From Heterodontus francisci (lineage: Eukaryota): 64,000 nt of DNA. The DNA lies in the NCBI RefSeq assembly GCF_036365525.1, contig NC_090408.1, forward strand, positions 31,674,269-31,738,268. The letters are read 5' to 3'. Below, piece by piece: positions 23,786 through 37,936 of the stretch. The notes below the pieces were generated by a model that was not told where the DNA came from, did no database searches, and saw nothing but the letters and a program-made list of their open reading frames with translations. Every line of letters begins with the position of its first letter. Position 1 is the first letter of the stretch. The translations under genes were made by a program, and so were the position numbers.

Positions 23786-25261
23786 GGCTATTTTGGACAG
23801 CAAAAAAAAGTTTATTGCACCAGGAATCACTGAATAATCTTGCCACCATGGAATGTCTTTTTCTGCAAATCTTTAGGGCATAAACTATATGTCACCTAAA
23901 TGAGTCTGTAGAACTGCTTTCACAGGAACGATACATATAGGAGTTACAGTATACAGTGATGTGCATAAGATGCTGTTTAGAGATGCAAACAAAGGAGTTA
24001 ACAATTGTAGAGATATGGGTGTAGCCATCCTGCTGCTTTGGATGCGGCTGTGACTTGTTCCAGAATTACTTTTGGATTCAGTTTTGATTTCAAAGAATAG
24101 TGCTGGAACATTTCACTCGTCCCTTGTAAGTGTTTTAATTCTTTGTTAATTTATAACTAGAACTTGAGATGCTGCTGCAGGCAATTTGCCATGTCTGAAG
24201 GATTTTCATTGATATACTAGATTGATAATCTTATTGTTTGTGACTTACCATGTGTGTGCTCTATTTCTTGGTAAATTAGTGAGAAATGACAACGAAGTAG
24301 GAAAGTAGGCTCTTTCACAGCAAAGATTACCCACTGTCATTTTGTAAAGTCTACAATTTTGTTGGTACTTACAGGTAGATACATTGACGCATTAAGGCAG
24401 GAAACTGCAAGTTCTTTGTGAGTTCAGGGTAATTTGTTGCTCAACTTTGGCTGTGTGATGGTGTTTTGTGGGTCCCGCCTCTATAGTGAGGGTTCTTGTG
24501 GAGGTGGGCCATTTGCTATGTAAATTTTTGGGGCCAGTCTAATGGAAGAAATGCCTTGTTCACTAGTGGTCTTGTTTGAGGTTGGTTTATTTTTACCTTT
24601 GGTGGGATGCGGGCTTTTGGCGGAAGTCAGGTTTTATGGGCAAAGATGTCTGCGTTCTGTAGGCTTCCTGGAGAGAACATTCTACCAGAGTTCAAGGTAG
24701 AGAATGTATGTTATCCAATAATGTGGTCCACACTTTTTTGTGGAAGGGGGAAGTATTTTTCTATCATGGGGGGGAATGCATCTTTTCACAGTGGATTGTG
24801 ATGGGGGGGGGGGGGGGTGGTGGCGGGGGAGTGTGAAATTAAAGCCGAGCATTTGAGGCTTTGCTTGTAACTCCATCTCTCTATTCCAAAGTGATAGGTT
24901 AGTGATTGAAGCTGACGATTTCCCACATGGTAAGTTTGCAGGTTTTACACTGTATCAGGGCGATGCAGTGTGCAGAGCAGCAGCTGCTCTGCAAAGTACA
25001 TGTGATAATTAGAGGACTGATTGCTTAAAAGGTTTATCTCATCATGCCATACTGTTAGTTGTTGCATACGGAGTGGTACTGATGACAGATCTACCTACTT
25101 ATGGTCAGGGATTGTGTCAAGAGAATTTGAAGGAGTGAATAAAGTATTAGTTATCTCACCGCACTCCCCCCTACCCCGCCATCACCAAAAACCAAAGACT
25201 TCAAGTATTCAGATATATTTTGCAATAGCAATTTTTACAGGGAATCTTGTTTGTGTTCTAG

Positions 25262-25468
25262 TTTGACGATATCCAGGAACTCATTGGGTTCACAACACCC
25301 TCTGCTGCTACACCAGACTTCCTGTTTGAGATTGTTTATTGTGATCAGATGAATGCCAAGTTCGAGGAAACCAAAGGAGATCGAGATCTCATCTATGCAT
25401 TTCATGGGAGCCGACTCGAGAATTTTTATTCTATAATACATAGTGGTTTACAGTGTCATCTAAACAAG
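25262..25468 (+). CDS. PARP16: PARP16 exon 3 (catalytic His)
   Basis: ttctag|FDDIQEL...PDFLFEI...[29 protein letters not shown]|gtcagg; 207 nt. Confidence 0.97.
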
Positions 25469-25939
25469 GTCAGGAATTCATTGTTTTCATGTGGGGTAAC
25501 ATGGTTGCAACATTATTTTATTTAAACGAGCATTCTATCATAGGCTGTACAGGCTCTTAAATTAATCATTAATTTTAAGCATTAAATCTCATTTTATAGC
25601 AAAAAAAATTAGGTTGGGTTTAAACAGCAATTTTAACATTGCTGTAAATTGGTGCTCCTACTTGAGTATTCTCTGACGTCATCCCCATTCTCCTTTGCCC
25701 CATCCATGGAGTACTCTTGGGCCTTGCAGCACAGTCAATGAGCACTCCCATCTGGCAACATTCTCCCCCATCCCCCAGAGTTGCTGCAGCCCAGCCCCCC
25801 ACTTTACTCCCTGGCTTGATGTCAATCTCAGTTTCTCTCTTATCTGTTCCAGTACTGCAGAATCTCTGATATCCTCTTTGTTGGGTACTTTCAGGCTTTG
25901 ATCTTTGTGCTCACTCGAGTCCTTAGCATCGGTAAGAAA

Positions 25940-26330
25940 TGGGGAGACGGTGGCATAGTGGTAATGGTCGCTGGAGTAGTAATCCACAGGCCCAGGCTAA
26001 TGCGGTGGGGACCCTGGTTCAAATCCCACCATGGCAGCTGGTGGAATTTAAATTCAATTAATTTAATAAAAATCTGGAATCAGTTTCATGGCCCTAGTAC
26101 TATCATTTATTGCAGTAAAAACCCATCTAGTTCATGTCCTTTAGGAAAGGAAATATGCTGTCCTTGCCTGATTTGGCCTACCTGAGACTCCAGATCCATA
26201 GCAATGTGGTTGACTCTTAACTGCACTCTGAAATGGCCAACAAGCCACTCAGTTCAAGGGCAATTAGGGGTGGGTAACAAATGCTGGCCTGCCAGCGACG
26301 CTCACATCATGTGAAAGAATAAAAAAAATA
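25940..26330 (+). mobile_element. tRNA-headed SINE (same family as 17150)
   Basis: ggggagacggtggcatagtgg...ggttcaaatcccacc...cactcagttcaagggcaattaggg...gaaagaataaaaaaaa. Confidence 0.85.
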
Positions 26331-26570
26331 CTGACTATATGATTAAAGGAACATAGAATTACGTAGAAATGATAACACGGAAACAGGTTGTTTCCCCCAA
26401 TCAATTGGCGGTTATCCTCCATGTGAGAACTTCTCATAGTGCCATATGTGCCTACCCCTGCCTTTGACACTAATTACTTCAAAAAAAAAATGCAAATGAC
26501 ATAAGAGTACTGGTTTGTTCACTTGCTCTGAAGGGTTGTGTATGTTCAGACATTGTTCTTTTCTTCATAG

Positions 26571-26742
26571 ACTTCTCTCTTTGGGGAAGGAACCTACCTT
26601 ACCAGTGACCTGAGCTTGGCTCTTCTTTATAGTCCCCATGGTAATGGCTGGCACCAAAGCATTCTGGGACCTGTCCTTAGCTGTGTTGCAGTTTGTGAGA
26701 TCATTGACCATCCTGATGTTAAGTGCCAAGTTAAAGGAAAAG
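26571..26742 (+). CDS. PARP16: PARP16 exon 4
   Basis: ttcatag|[24 protein letters not shown]...[16 protein letters not shown]|gtatca; 172 nt. Confidence 0.97.
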
Positions 26743-26859
26743 GTATCATTTATTTTGAATCTTAGGATAAATATTTTGTAAGTAAGAAGTATGATTGTTG
26801 TACCAATACTGTAAATACCTGTTTTTGTATTTGGGCTTGCTTTCATCCAGCCATCAGTG

Positions 26860-27225
26860 AGTTTAGAAGATTAAGGGGTATATTAATTGAGGTGTTTAAG
26901 ATGAAAGAATTTGATAGGGTAGAGACTATTTCCTCTGGTTGGGGAGTCCACAGCAAGGAGTCATAAGCTTAAAATTAGAGCTTGGCTGTTCAGGGGTGAT
27001 GTCAGGAAGCACTTCTTCATGCAAAGGGTAGTGGAAATCTGGAACACACTCCCCTGAAAAACTGTTGAGACCACGCCAATTGAAAGTTATGAAACTAAAA
27101 TTAATCTATTTTTGTTGGGTATGGAGCAAAGATGGGTAAATGGAGTTGCGGTACAGATTAACCATGCTTAAATTGAATGGTGAAAAAGACTCAAGGGGCT
27201 GCGTGGCCTGCTCCTGTTCCTATTT
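26860..27225 (+). mobile_element. Degraded CR1 3' fragment
   Basis: FRRLRG.LIEVFK and RKHFF.QRVVEIWN remnants; tail cctgctcctgttcctat. Confidence 0.75.
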
Positions 27226-27527
27226 TGATTGTCTCCCGACACTTGGGTGTTAAAGCAAACCAAATTTTTCCTCAAAAGGAATTCCCTAACTGTATAAATT
27301 TTTCAATATTCTTAAGCTTATACCGCTTTGAACCATTACTGCGGCTGCAACTATAGAAATATCAGCCCAAGTTTTAGTGACACTGAGTGACTAAAAACTC
27401 CTGGGCTCAGTGATGCATGACATTCACACTTTAAAACCCTATTATATGTCATAGATTTATGAAATAAATTATCTGTTTTTCTACGTTCTCCTATGCTTGT
27501 AAGTGAATGTTGCTAGCTTGATTCTAG

Positions 27528-27672
27528 ATGCTGGCGGCATAGATCGACGAAGAGCAAGGGTGAAAAACAGCGAAGGGGGGGATGTTCCACAAAAATACTT
27601 CGTGGTCACAAACAACCAGCTGCTAAGAGTTAAATATCTGCTCATTTATTCTGAGAAACTGCACCGAAGAAG
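27528..27672 (+). CDS. PARP16: PARP16 exon 5
   Basis: ttctag|(D)[47 protein letters not shown](R)|gtaaat; 145 nt. Confidence 0.97.
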
Positions 27673-28429
27673 GTAAATTCAACTTCTGTTAAATTTTACC
27701 AAGTATTTACGCAGCCCTCTGACTAAATCATTGGACTCATTCTGGAGCTATTTCTTTTAATTTGGCCATAAATGCACTGAATTCAACAGGCTTTCTTTTT
27801 TGTACAGATCAAATTGAATGACAGTGAGCAAATGGCTAATCTGGGGTTTGGAGATGGCTCTTTTAGGCTTCACTTTTGTCTGACAAACTTTGTCGAGACA
27901 TTTTGGTTGACCTTAATGAACACTTCCTACAGGTTAAAATATCTATCTGCAAGAGCTTTGAAAAAAGATTGTATCAGGGCATTGAATGCTACTGACATGT
28001 GCAGTACTTGTGAGCAAGTATATTGGAGGTAAATTTTCACTATTTGTACTTAATACTGATGCTAGCATTAGGAAGCGAAGGAAAATATACCACATGGTGA
28101 AAACCTGCTGTATCATTCTGTTAGATACTGAAGCTGTTTTTTTTTTATTTTCCAATTCCTGCCCTTTCTCCATATCCATTGTATCTTCAGTTTCTAAGTA
28201 AGTGCCTATTGCTGTTTTAAACACTTCAGTTGATTCTGTGTCTATGGCTTTCTGTGGCAGTATATTTCACATCTCTGGAGTAGCTTTTAAATTGCTTATT
28301 GTCAAATTTTGATCTTGAAAATTATAACTTTTTTAACCAAAGGATCAAAAGTTAGTAACACTTGCTTTGTAAGGTTTAGTGCATCTTTAGTAAGCTGCAT
28401 TATAATTATTTTCTGTTTTAATATTACAG

Positions 28430-28574
28430 ACCCACGAAGCAGCCATCTTGGATCTCCCAACATAGTTTTATAGTCATGATGATGCTGTATTTGTTGCTCC
28501 TGATAGCTATTGGTGCCTGTAACTCGCCAGCTTTCCAGTATTACTGGAATCGATTTCTCGAATCAAAGCGATGA
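28430..28574 (+). CDS. PARP16: PARP16 exon 6 (C-terminal transmembrane anchor, stop)
   Basis: ttacag|PTKQPSWISQHSFIVMMMLYLLLLIAIGACNSPAFQYYWNRFLESKR*; total CDS 1002 nt, 333 aa. Confidence 0.95.
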
Positions 28575-29384
28575 ACTTGTTGCTGCAATGATGTTAACTG
28601 GCCAAAATGTTGACATGCACTACAATACTTACCTGATGCCTTAGATACCGCTGTTTTAGAAAGGCACAAGTCTGGACCAATATTAATTTAATTTACAAAA
28701 TCAGTAGACACCTTGCTGTGCCAAGAATGTTTTTCAGATTTTGGCGTTCTGTACTGTTCCGCTGCAACTCTTTAATGGTTCTATTTAATTCTGAATAGTG
28801 TGTACTTTTGTGTTACTCATGGGTGATGACTGGCTGTGCCAGGGAATGGGACAGTTTTGTTTCCAATTTTGCATCAGGCAGCAGTTTTCACCCCTGTGCT
28901 TAACATGGTGCAGGCATAGAATCATGTGCCTTTTGCATTGGTCCCACCAATTAGCTAGAGCTTAACATGGAAGTGAAATCTTCGATGCAGCTTATTCACC
29001 TAGGCCTCCAGTGCATCAGAGGCAACTGAAACCATTGCATTTGGAGTTTACATATTACTCTCAAATTTTTAAATTCTGACCTTGGCAGCCATTGGAGAGC
29101 GGAGATCATTGTGGCCCTGACGTGAACCTAAAGCAAGCTGAGGATATTAGAAAAACTTTAATTGTTTCCGATATGGTGATACAAATCCTATTAAGCAGAT
29201 CATTTTCCAAGTGTGTTAAGATGCCTATTTTATATGTTCTTTACAATAACAGTGTAAAATATGACATATTTGGCATCAAAACAGCAGCAATGTCCCTGTA
29301 ACAGGCTCGCTGTTTGTTCTCCCTGCAATTTTTTCCAAAAATTCCACAGTGAGATCCTTGGGGAGTAAACAAGGGCTATGAGCA

Positions 29385-29390
29385 AATAAA
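29385..29390 (+). terminator. Candidate PARP16 polyadenylation signal AATAAA
   Basis: Canonical hexamer about 810 nt after the stop; usage not demonstrable from sequence. Confidence 0.4.
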
Positions 29391-30389
29391 GAATGTACAA
29401 TGAATAATTTTAAACTGTATTATACATTTTTATACTCTTGAACTGAACGTGGAGTTTGTTAGTAAGCTGTAGAACAGCACTTGCCTAGTAATGTCTCAAA
29501 GCATTAGCTGTACCCTGCATAAAGTACAGGAAAGTCTTTCTTGCTTTTAATGTAAATATTAACCCAAGGGCTTAATAGATCAGATTGAGGGCCGTTTTCA
29601 GCCTATAAAGTAAATTTATTCTTCCTTGGGTTACTGAAATCACTTCAGTAGAAATTTTCCTGCAGCTTTTATGGCTTCTATATTATAACTACCCTGTAAC
29701 CCAACCTGTGGGAAGTATTTATATAATATATGTTATACTTATAGGCACCTGATTGATGGGATTTGCTTTGTGCGATATTTAACTATGGAAATAATTCCAA
29801 GAGTGATGAGTATTTCCAGCCTGTAAATTTTCTAAAGTAATTTTAGATTTTGACCTATTTGATGATACTAAGGTATGGCATCAATATAATTGATTAAGGG
29901 GATAAGATGTTTAGCAAATTAAATCTCCATCGCTACGTCCCAGTGTTGTTTAATCTAACAGGGTACACCCAAAATCGAATAACAGCAGGTCGTGCTATTC
30001 ATCCAGTGCCTACTTGGAGTTTTAATCTGTTTGTTTTGTTCTGGTTCCAGTTTACCTCAACATCGATCATTTTCTATGAATATTTCATTACCAGCTAAAA
30101 ATTCCTTGAAACTGATGTAATTTCAATGTTGTGACTTTGGTAGATCAAATATTGCCTAGTTTGTTTAAAGGGCAATGGTTATTTAAATTTCTTTACCACT
30201 TTTACTTCAAACAAAACCAGGTTCACATTGGTGAGGGGGTGTGGGTTGGAGAAAGTTCACTTTGGTTTTGGGGTGCTTGGTAGAATATCTTTCCAGATTG
30301 AGTATTTGACACAAGTCAGTTATTTGCAAAACCATACCTGTACTGGCTTTCTATGTTGAGTTGCAATGGAAGGCCAGATTCTACCTATA

Positions 30390-30940
30390 ATAAAAACAGA
30401 AAGTGCTGGAAAAAATCAGCATGTCTGTCAGCATCTGTGGAGAGAGAAGTAGAGTTAACATTTCAGGTCAGTGACCCTTCTTCAGAACTGGCAGATATAA
30501 GAAATGTAAAAGATTTTAAGCAAGTAAAGTGGTGGTGGGGCAAGAGATAACAAAAGAGAAGATATTGATAGGACAAGGTCTCAGAATAGCTGACCAGAAG
30601 GTCATGGAGCAAAGGCAAACAATATGTGCTGAATCACAAAGAATTAGTACAGATAGGGTGTTAATGGACTGAAAACTGAACAGCCGCAAATACAAACATG
30701 AAAAAGCAATGGGTAGGCACAGTAGAAACAAACTGAACAAACTGAAACAAGCACAAAAAATAAAAGAAAAAATAACTAAAGATGAAAGTAAAACGAGGGG
30801 CCCGGTCATGCTCTGAAATTATTGAACTCAATGTTCAGTCTGGCAGGCTGTAGCGCGCCTAATCAGTAAATGAGATGCTGTTCCTTGAGCTTGTGTTGAT
30901 GTTCATTGGAATACTGCAGCAATCCCAGGACAGAGACCTT
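30390..30940 (-). mobile_element. Penelope-like element 3' end (GIY-YIG C-terminus and pLTR)
   Basis: Minus-strand remnants LGLLQYSNEHQHKLKEQHLIY*LGALQPARLNIEFNNF; pLTR with CTGAAGA...GAAA. Confidence 0.82.
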
Positions 30941-31154
30941 GTTGCACTAATTAAAAAGGTACCATGTCCAGTAGCCTTAAACTTCTTGATGCTACTTTCA
31001 CACGCCTTTTATACTGGTGTAAGAATGTAAATAAAAGAATAAAATGGGAAGTGCAGTAATCTGATGAGGGGAATGAAGCAATTTTCCTCTTTCCCTTCCC
31101 AAGTGCAGGATTGCAGTAATGTAGATTACTCATGTCTGATCCAGTGTTCTTGTC

Positions 31155-32045
31155 AGATTTGCTGATGACACCAAGATGGGTGGCATTGTAAGCAGTGTAA
31201 GCAATATTAAATTATATAGAAATATTGACAATGAGTGAAATGCATTTACCCATCCAATGTAGGCAAATGTGAGATTATCCACTTTAGACCTAAAAAGGAT
31301 AGAACTGGGTACTTTCTAAATGCGGAAAAGCTAGAAACAGTAGAAGTCCAAGGAGTCTTGGGGATACAGATATATAAAGCATTAAAATGCCATGATCAGG
31401 TTCAGAAACTAATCAAAAAGGCTAATTGAATACTGGCTTCTATATCCAGAGGACTAGGGTACGAGGGGGTAGAAGTCATGCTTCAGTTACACACAGCTCT
31501 AGTTAGAGCAGTCCTGGAATACTGTGAGCAGTTCTGGGCACCATAACTTAGGAAGGATGTATTGGACATGTGAGGAAGTGCAGCGTATATTTGCCAGAAT
31601 GATGCTTGGACTCCAATGCTTAAATTACAAGGACAGATTACACAAACTAGGGTTGTATTCTCTGGAATTCAGAAGGTTAAGGGGGTGATTTGATTGAAGT
31701 TTTCAAGATATTGGGGGGAACTGATAACGCAGGTAAAACTATTACTGCTGGTTGGGGAATCTAGGACTAGGGGTATAGTCTAAAAATTAGAGCCAGACCT
31801 TTCAGGAGTGAGATTAGCAAACACTTCGACACAATGGTAGAAGTTTTAAATTCTCTTCCGTAAATGGCAATTGATGTGAGATCAGTAGTTCGATCAATCT
31901 CAGATTTTGCATTTTTGTTAACCAAAGGTATTAAGGGATATGGGGAAAAAGGTGAGTATATGGAGTTGGCTCACAGATCAACCATGAACTAGTTGACTGA
32001 CCGAACAGGCTCAAGAGGCTACGTGGCCTACTCCTGTTCCTATGA
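31155..32045 (+). mobile_element. Degraded CR1 RT/3' fragment
   Basis: FADDTK, KCEIIHF, LEYCEQFWAP remnants; tail cctactcctgttcctat. Confidence 0.85.
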
Positions 32046-35000
32046 TTCCCTGCTTTCTCCTGTTCTGGCTTCCCAAACTGTGTGCCTTTGGTGAGGTGCT
32101 CCCCACAATCACCAGTGCTGCTATTCAGGCAGTGGCTTAGGAATTGCATTAGAATAGCTCAGTGTCAACCTCCTGTCTGAATTAAGGAGATGTTTGGTCT
32201 CTGTGCTTACAGCAGCCTGTGTTCTGCAGGTCACATTTGACGGGAATTCATCTTAGATATACTTCTCTATGGAGTGAGTGTCTTCAAGTCCTGTGATCAG
32301 TTTTAAATTAAATAACCTGTTTGTTATATTTAACATTTTGAAGAACTGAATTATGACTCAGTCTTTTCTGTTGTGGGAATAAGTCTCATCATGTCAGTGC
32401 CTCTCATAATTTTATGCTTTATGAAAATGTTAATATTTTTACCCTAAGAGGATAGAGAGGAAATGACCAATAAAGCCTTTTGTTACTTATATTTTTTTTA
32501 CAGTGAATTTACATTCTTTTACTAAATTTGGAAACTGCAACTTCCACCTGCATTGTGTTCAGGCAGCAGCATGTATTGACCCATATATATTTTCAATCAC
32601 TTTGAATTTAAAGGTACCTCCTACAATTTTAACTTCTAGCCATGCAATTACACAGCACATTTAAACACAATCTAAAAGGTTGAAATCCAAAACCAGCAGC
32701 TTATTGCTCTTGGGATGTTGCTGGTACAGTGAAAGGAAGAGGAGGAATCTCAATGTGTTGCTGTCGCAGTGAAGAACAGAAGTCTTAAACTGAATGACAG
32801 GAGATGAGGTGAGGAGTTATTTATTAAGTTTCTTATCTTGGTTTTCCAGCCTGCATTTTGCAGCTTATTTTCATAGTTTCTCATTAATATTTTTCTATTT
32901 TGTTGGATTGTCTTTGGCCAGACTATTCCCCACCTGACTGCGTCCAACTTCCAGGTGAATTGCAAAATCCCCTCTTAAAGCCTCCCTAATTAAGGAGCAG
33001 GTTTGATTGACATATCCTCTTCCATGCCTTGCCTCCATCTGACAGCTTGACTGAAATTGGCATTGCTATGTGGGGAGCAACCTTTAGCATCAAAATTCCA
33101 TGCATGCCTACTAGGATAACATGCATTGTGCGCACACAAATGTCATGGTGCGGTGTCTTGTACCAGGATGCCAATTTTACAAACTTAGAGCAGCAGAACT
33201 GCATCCTGCTTAGTCACTGCACATCTGAGAGTGTAATTTGGCAAGATTGTCTCAGTACCATATTTTTAGAATAAGTCACCTTCTTTCATAGTGGCCTGCA
33301 TATAACTGTGTGTGCATGTTCCTATTCACCACTGACATGACTTATCAACATTCTAAAACTGTTTGCATTTACACATGAAGCTCTACTTAATTCACTAAGT
33401 GGCTGAACTGTTGAGACGAGTAAAGTGTACTAATTGTCCACTATCTAAAATCAGAAGTTAATTTGAAGTACAAGATACACTATGTTGCCTGTCAGATGCA
33501 CATCACCTACTTGAGAATGTTCTAGTATATTTTGCACAAGAAATGTTTTGTTATATTGCGAGAACACTAATCTTATTTGTCGTACATGTTAAAAAAAGTT
33601 GATTTTATTTTGGCGTGACCTAGGTTTAATTCTAATTATTTGCCTGTGATTGCCTGACTGCTTTACTGGCATCTGGTGTGTTCTGAGTGATTTCAGCATT
33701 ACTTAAACTGTTGCTTTCACTTGTACTGTCATTTTTGCTGTCCCTGTTAGCTATGGTTGGTACCTTTTGTAATGGTCTTGAGCTGTCACTACTGTTAGTG
33801 ACTGTCACTACTAATTATTGCTTGCTAATCTCTATATGACTGGCACTGCTATTTATCTGTCAGTTTTTCTGTTACTGTCACTGTTTCTACTTTATTTGAA
33901 CAGTGAGTAACAGTTTATCTGGCTTTCAGTACAATGTGGGTGATACTTGGGTGCCTCTCTATCACTGTCCTTCTATCTCATATGCCTGACTATCAAGCTA
34001 TCCATACTCTCCAATTTTATTTTCTATTTTTAACCTGTTGTTCCCTCTTTGTTCATCACCCTTTTATCCCCTCCCACTGACTAATTCATATCAAATTGGT
34101 GTCTAGCTCTATGGAGACAAAACTGTAACCTGAATTCAATATAAACATTTTTCTCTTTTTTCAAAAAAATCAGCCCAGTTGAGATGAAAATTGAGAAGTT
34201 TCTTGCCGGTATATATGTTCAACTATGCAACTTATCAATATTCTAGAACTTGTTTGTATTTGTACATCAAACTTTATTCTCAACTCACTAATCACTGAAC
34301 TGTTGAGAGGATTGCACAAAAAAACTAACTGTCGGCTATCTGAAGTCAGATGTTAAGTTGAATTACGTTATAAGCTACAAGGTCCACCTAGAAATATGTT
34401 ACAGTTGTCCTATCTCAGCATTCAACTGTTCCTTAGATGATTCCAGGGGTTTGCCTTCCCTATTCTACCAGGAAATCCATTCCATGTGATGATCACTCTG
34501 TATGAAGGAAATGTTACAAACTCCAGGATTTATCACTAAGTGCTCATTTTATCAGTGGTTAAATGGGTAAAAGAAAGACTTGCATTTAAATGGTACCTTT
34601 CATGACCTCAGGATGTCCCAAAGTGCTTCATAGCCAATGACCTACCAGCTGCTTGATTATTTTCACACTTTGTAATGTTCGTTCTCTTGCTGAGGTAATA
34701 AGTTACAAGGACTATTTTCAAACTTTTTCTGTGGAAAAAGTGCAGACTTCGGTAATGAAACCATTTTGCAAAAATAAGTAGTTTTGAGTTTTGCTTTTTT
34801 AATACAGTAAGTAGTCTGTAGATGGACTAGTCTGAATCATGGGACTAATAGTTTTACACACAGGCTGATTTTGGATACTGTGGTTGATATTGATAAAAGA
34901 ATAAGACTTGATTATACTGCTTGTGCTTTTTAGACACATTTTCTTGTGTAAGTGGCTGGATGACAGCTTGCATAGTAAACTGCACGTCCTATGAACCTGT

Positions 35001-36034
35001 TTTTAATCTCTGGTTCACCAAATTAGTCTGCTGTGTCTGTAGTAGCATAATTAATCTTGATTATTGTACATCGTTTACTGAAGAATACGTAGGATTCCCA
35101 TTGAATCCATCATTCAGCCACTCTCTCTTTGTAGAAGTTAATTTATGGACATGTTTTTTTACAGTTTAAAAAAGATTCACAGAAATGGAAAATACTAAAT
35201 AGCACAACATTAATATGAGAGGACTGGAATCCATCCATAAGGGCTTCATATACCCTCCACCGAATGTTGCCTTCAAAATTCCTTTCAGTTACTTTAAATG
35301 GATCAGATTCTTTAGGCAAATCAGATGAGCCTTTGCTAATTCTTGGATAAACAATAGGTATTTTTAAAGGATTATTTTATGCACCTCTGAAAGTGCAGCA
35401 CTCCCTCAGTACTGCTCGCCTGAGTTAGCTTAGATTATGATGCCGGTACGGGCCCCAAGCCAAAAGTGTTTCCAGCTGAACTAGAGTTGACACGTTAAGG
35501 AATGTCAGTGACATTTTAATGTGCCAAAATGTAAAGTAATATATATATATTAGTACAGTAAATGTGAAACATACAATGGTTGGGCCAAATGGCTTTCTTC
35601 AATGTTCAAATTTCTGTGATGATTTCATTTTGTTTTAAATTATATTCACTTTATTGAAAATGTACATAGGCATATCCAGCAAAGGTTAATGATTGTGAAA
35701 CCCCCCAAAAATTGGAGGTCAGAGCCAAGTTGTCAGCTGGAGACTGGCTAGGCAGGTGCCCACGTTCAGAGGTATTGCTCATGTAGACTAACATATTTGA
35801 GATACTATGATAAGGGCTGGAATGAGAAGGTCATAATTGGGATGGGTGACATTGCTAAGGAGCCATTGATGCTTCAAGTTATTTTTAATTGGCTGTGTGG
35901 GACATACAGGCCACTTAAGTTTGCTCCTACATGGAAATGTGAAACCGATATCCTGTTTGAAAATATTTTGCATTTTATTTTAAGATTTAATATATTTAGC
36001 TAATTCTTTAAAATACTAAAAGATTAACTAATTA

Positions 36035-37205
36035 AATTTTTGATGAAGGAAATGCAGTGGATGTTGTTTATATGGATTTTAAAAAAGCGTTTGATAAGGT
36101 ACCACTTAAAAGGATGGTTAACAAAATTGAGGCTCTTGGATTAGGAGGTTCAGTGTCCAGTTGGATAAAAAATTGGCTTAAGGACAGCAAACAGCGAATC
36201 ATGGTAAATGGTTGTTTTTCAGACGGGAGGATGGTAAACAGTGGTGTTCCCCAAGGGTCAGTGCCAGGACCACTTTTTTTTTGCTATATATAACGTGGAT
36301 CTTGGAATACAGAGTAGAATTTCAAAATTTGCCAATGACACCAAACGTGAAGGTGTGGCAAACATGATCTGAACCACCTGCAACAGGATGCAGAGAGGTG
36401 ATAGATGGAATTTAATCCTGACAACTGAGAGGTGATGCATTTTGGCAGAAGGAGTAGGGAGAGGCAATAAGTACTTAATGGGACAGTTCTAAAGAGTGTG
36501 CAGAAACAGGGACCAAGGAGTGCATGTGCATTGATCTTTGAAGGTGGCAGGGCATATTGAGAGAATGGTTAGCAAAGCATATGGGATTTTGGGCTTCATA
36601 AATATAGACATAGAGTACAAAAGCAGGGAAGTTATGCTGAACCTTCATAAAGCTCTGGTTAAAGTGGAGTATTGCATCCATTTCTGGTCACCACTCTTTA
36701 GGAAGGATGTGAGAGTCCTTGAGAGAGTGCAGAAGAGATTTACCAGAATGGTTCCAGCGATGGAGGATATTAGTTACGAGGTTAGGTTGGAAAAGCTGGG
36801 GTTGTTCTCCTTAGAACAAAGGAGATTGAGGGGAGATTTAATGGAAGTGTACAAGATTATGACAGACTTAGATAAGTCAGACAAGAAAAAATAGTTCCCG
36901 TTAACTAATGGTACAAGGACTAGTGGACACGAATTGAATGTTTTGGGCAAGAGATGCAGGGGGAATATGAGGAAGACCATTTTTACGCAGTGGGTGGTAA
37001 TGACCTGGAACTTACTGCCCACAAAGATTGTGGAAGCAGAGATGATCAATAACTTCAAAAGTAAATTGGATGGTCCATTTGAAAAAAATAAACTTGCAGT
37101 GCTATGGGGATTGAGCGGGGGGGAATGGCACTGACTGGATAGCTCCGTGGAGAGCAGGCATGGACTTGATGGGCCGAATGGTCTCCACCTGTGCTGTAAA
37201 TGACT
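36035..37205 (+). mobile_element. CR1 RT/3' fragment
   Basis: ORFs DVVYMDFKKAFDKVP...SGVPQGSV and FWSPLFRKDV...LRGDLMEVYKIM; tail gggccgaatgg...ctgtgctgtaaatgact. Confidence 0.9.
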
Positions 37206-37936
37206 GACTATAAATATCCAACTTGGTCACTCAACCTAACCCAAGGATACATAGGCTTGTTATAAAACCAAGTGTTCTTTTGTGGATATAAATAAAGATT
37301 TGTTTTCCTTATAGCAGTCACACCATTTGTGGTGCAGACACAAAAAACTGGTGTAAAACAGGGCATGCCAGAAGAGTGCGGTACATACCATTTGAGATAC
37401 AGACTCTACAGTGCAGGTTGAAGTAGCACAGAAGGATACACTGGTAATAGCCATAGTGCCATCGCCATTAGGAGACCTTGATAGGGTGAGTTTATATAAA
37501 AATATGTCTGCATCATGTGCCCTAATGGAGTTGTCAGGAATAACTAATTATGTTAGTATCGGTTATTTGGTGTGTTCAGTATTCAATCCAAGTTTCTATC
37601 TGAGGTCTGATGAGCTAGCTTATTGGAGAATACCCAACGCAATCTTAGGTTTAAAATATACGGACACTTATTGGAATCTTGAGACATGCTAATTGTATTG
37701 TTAAAAGTCAAGTTTGATTTTGAAGACTAGATTTCTAAGAATTACTTTATGAAAGAATGGAATACGTTCAGAGAAATATTTGGCAGTTATGAATTTACTT
37801 TGGGATTGGAAGTAAATACAAGGTGATGTATTACAGAGAAAAGTGATAAGTTTTCTGTCACTGATAATTTAGAGCTTCACCGTCGGGCAGTGTTCTGGAA
37901 GCAAACCTCCTTTAAAATTTTGTCTTCATTATTGGT

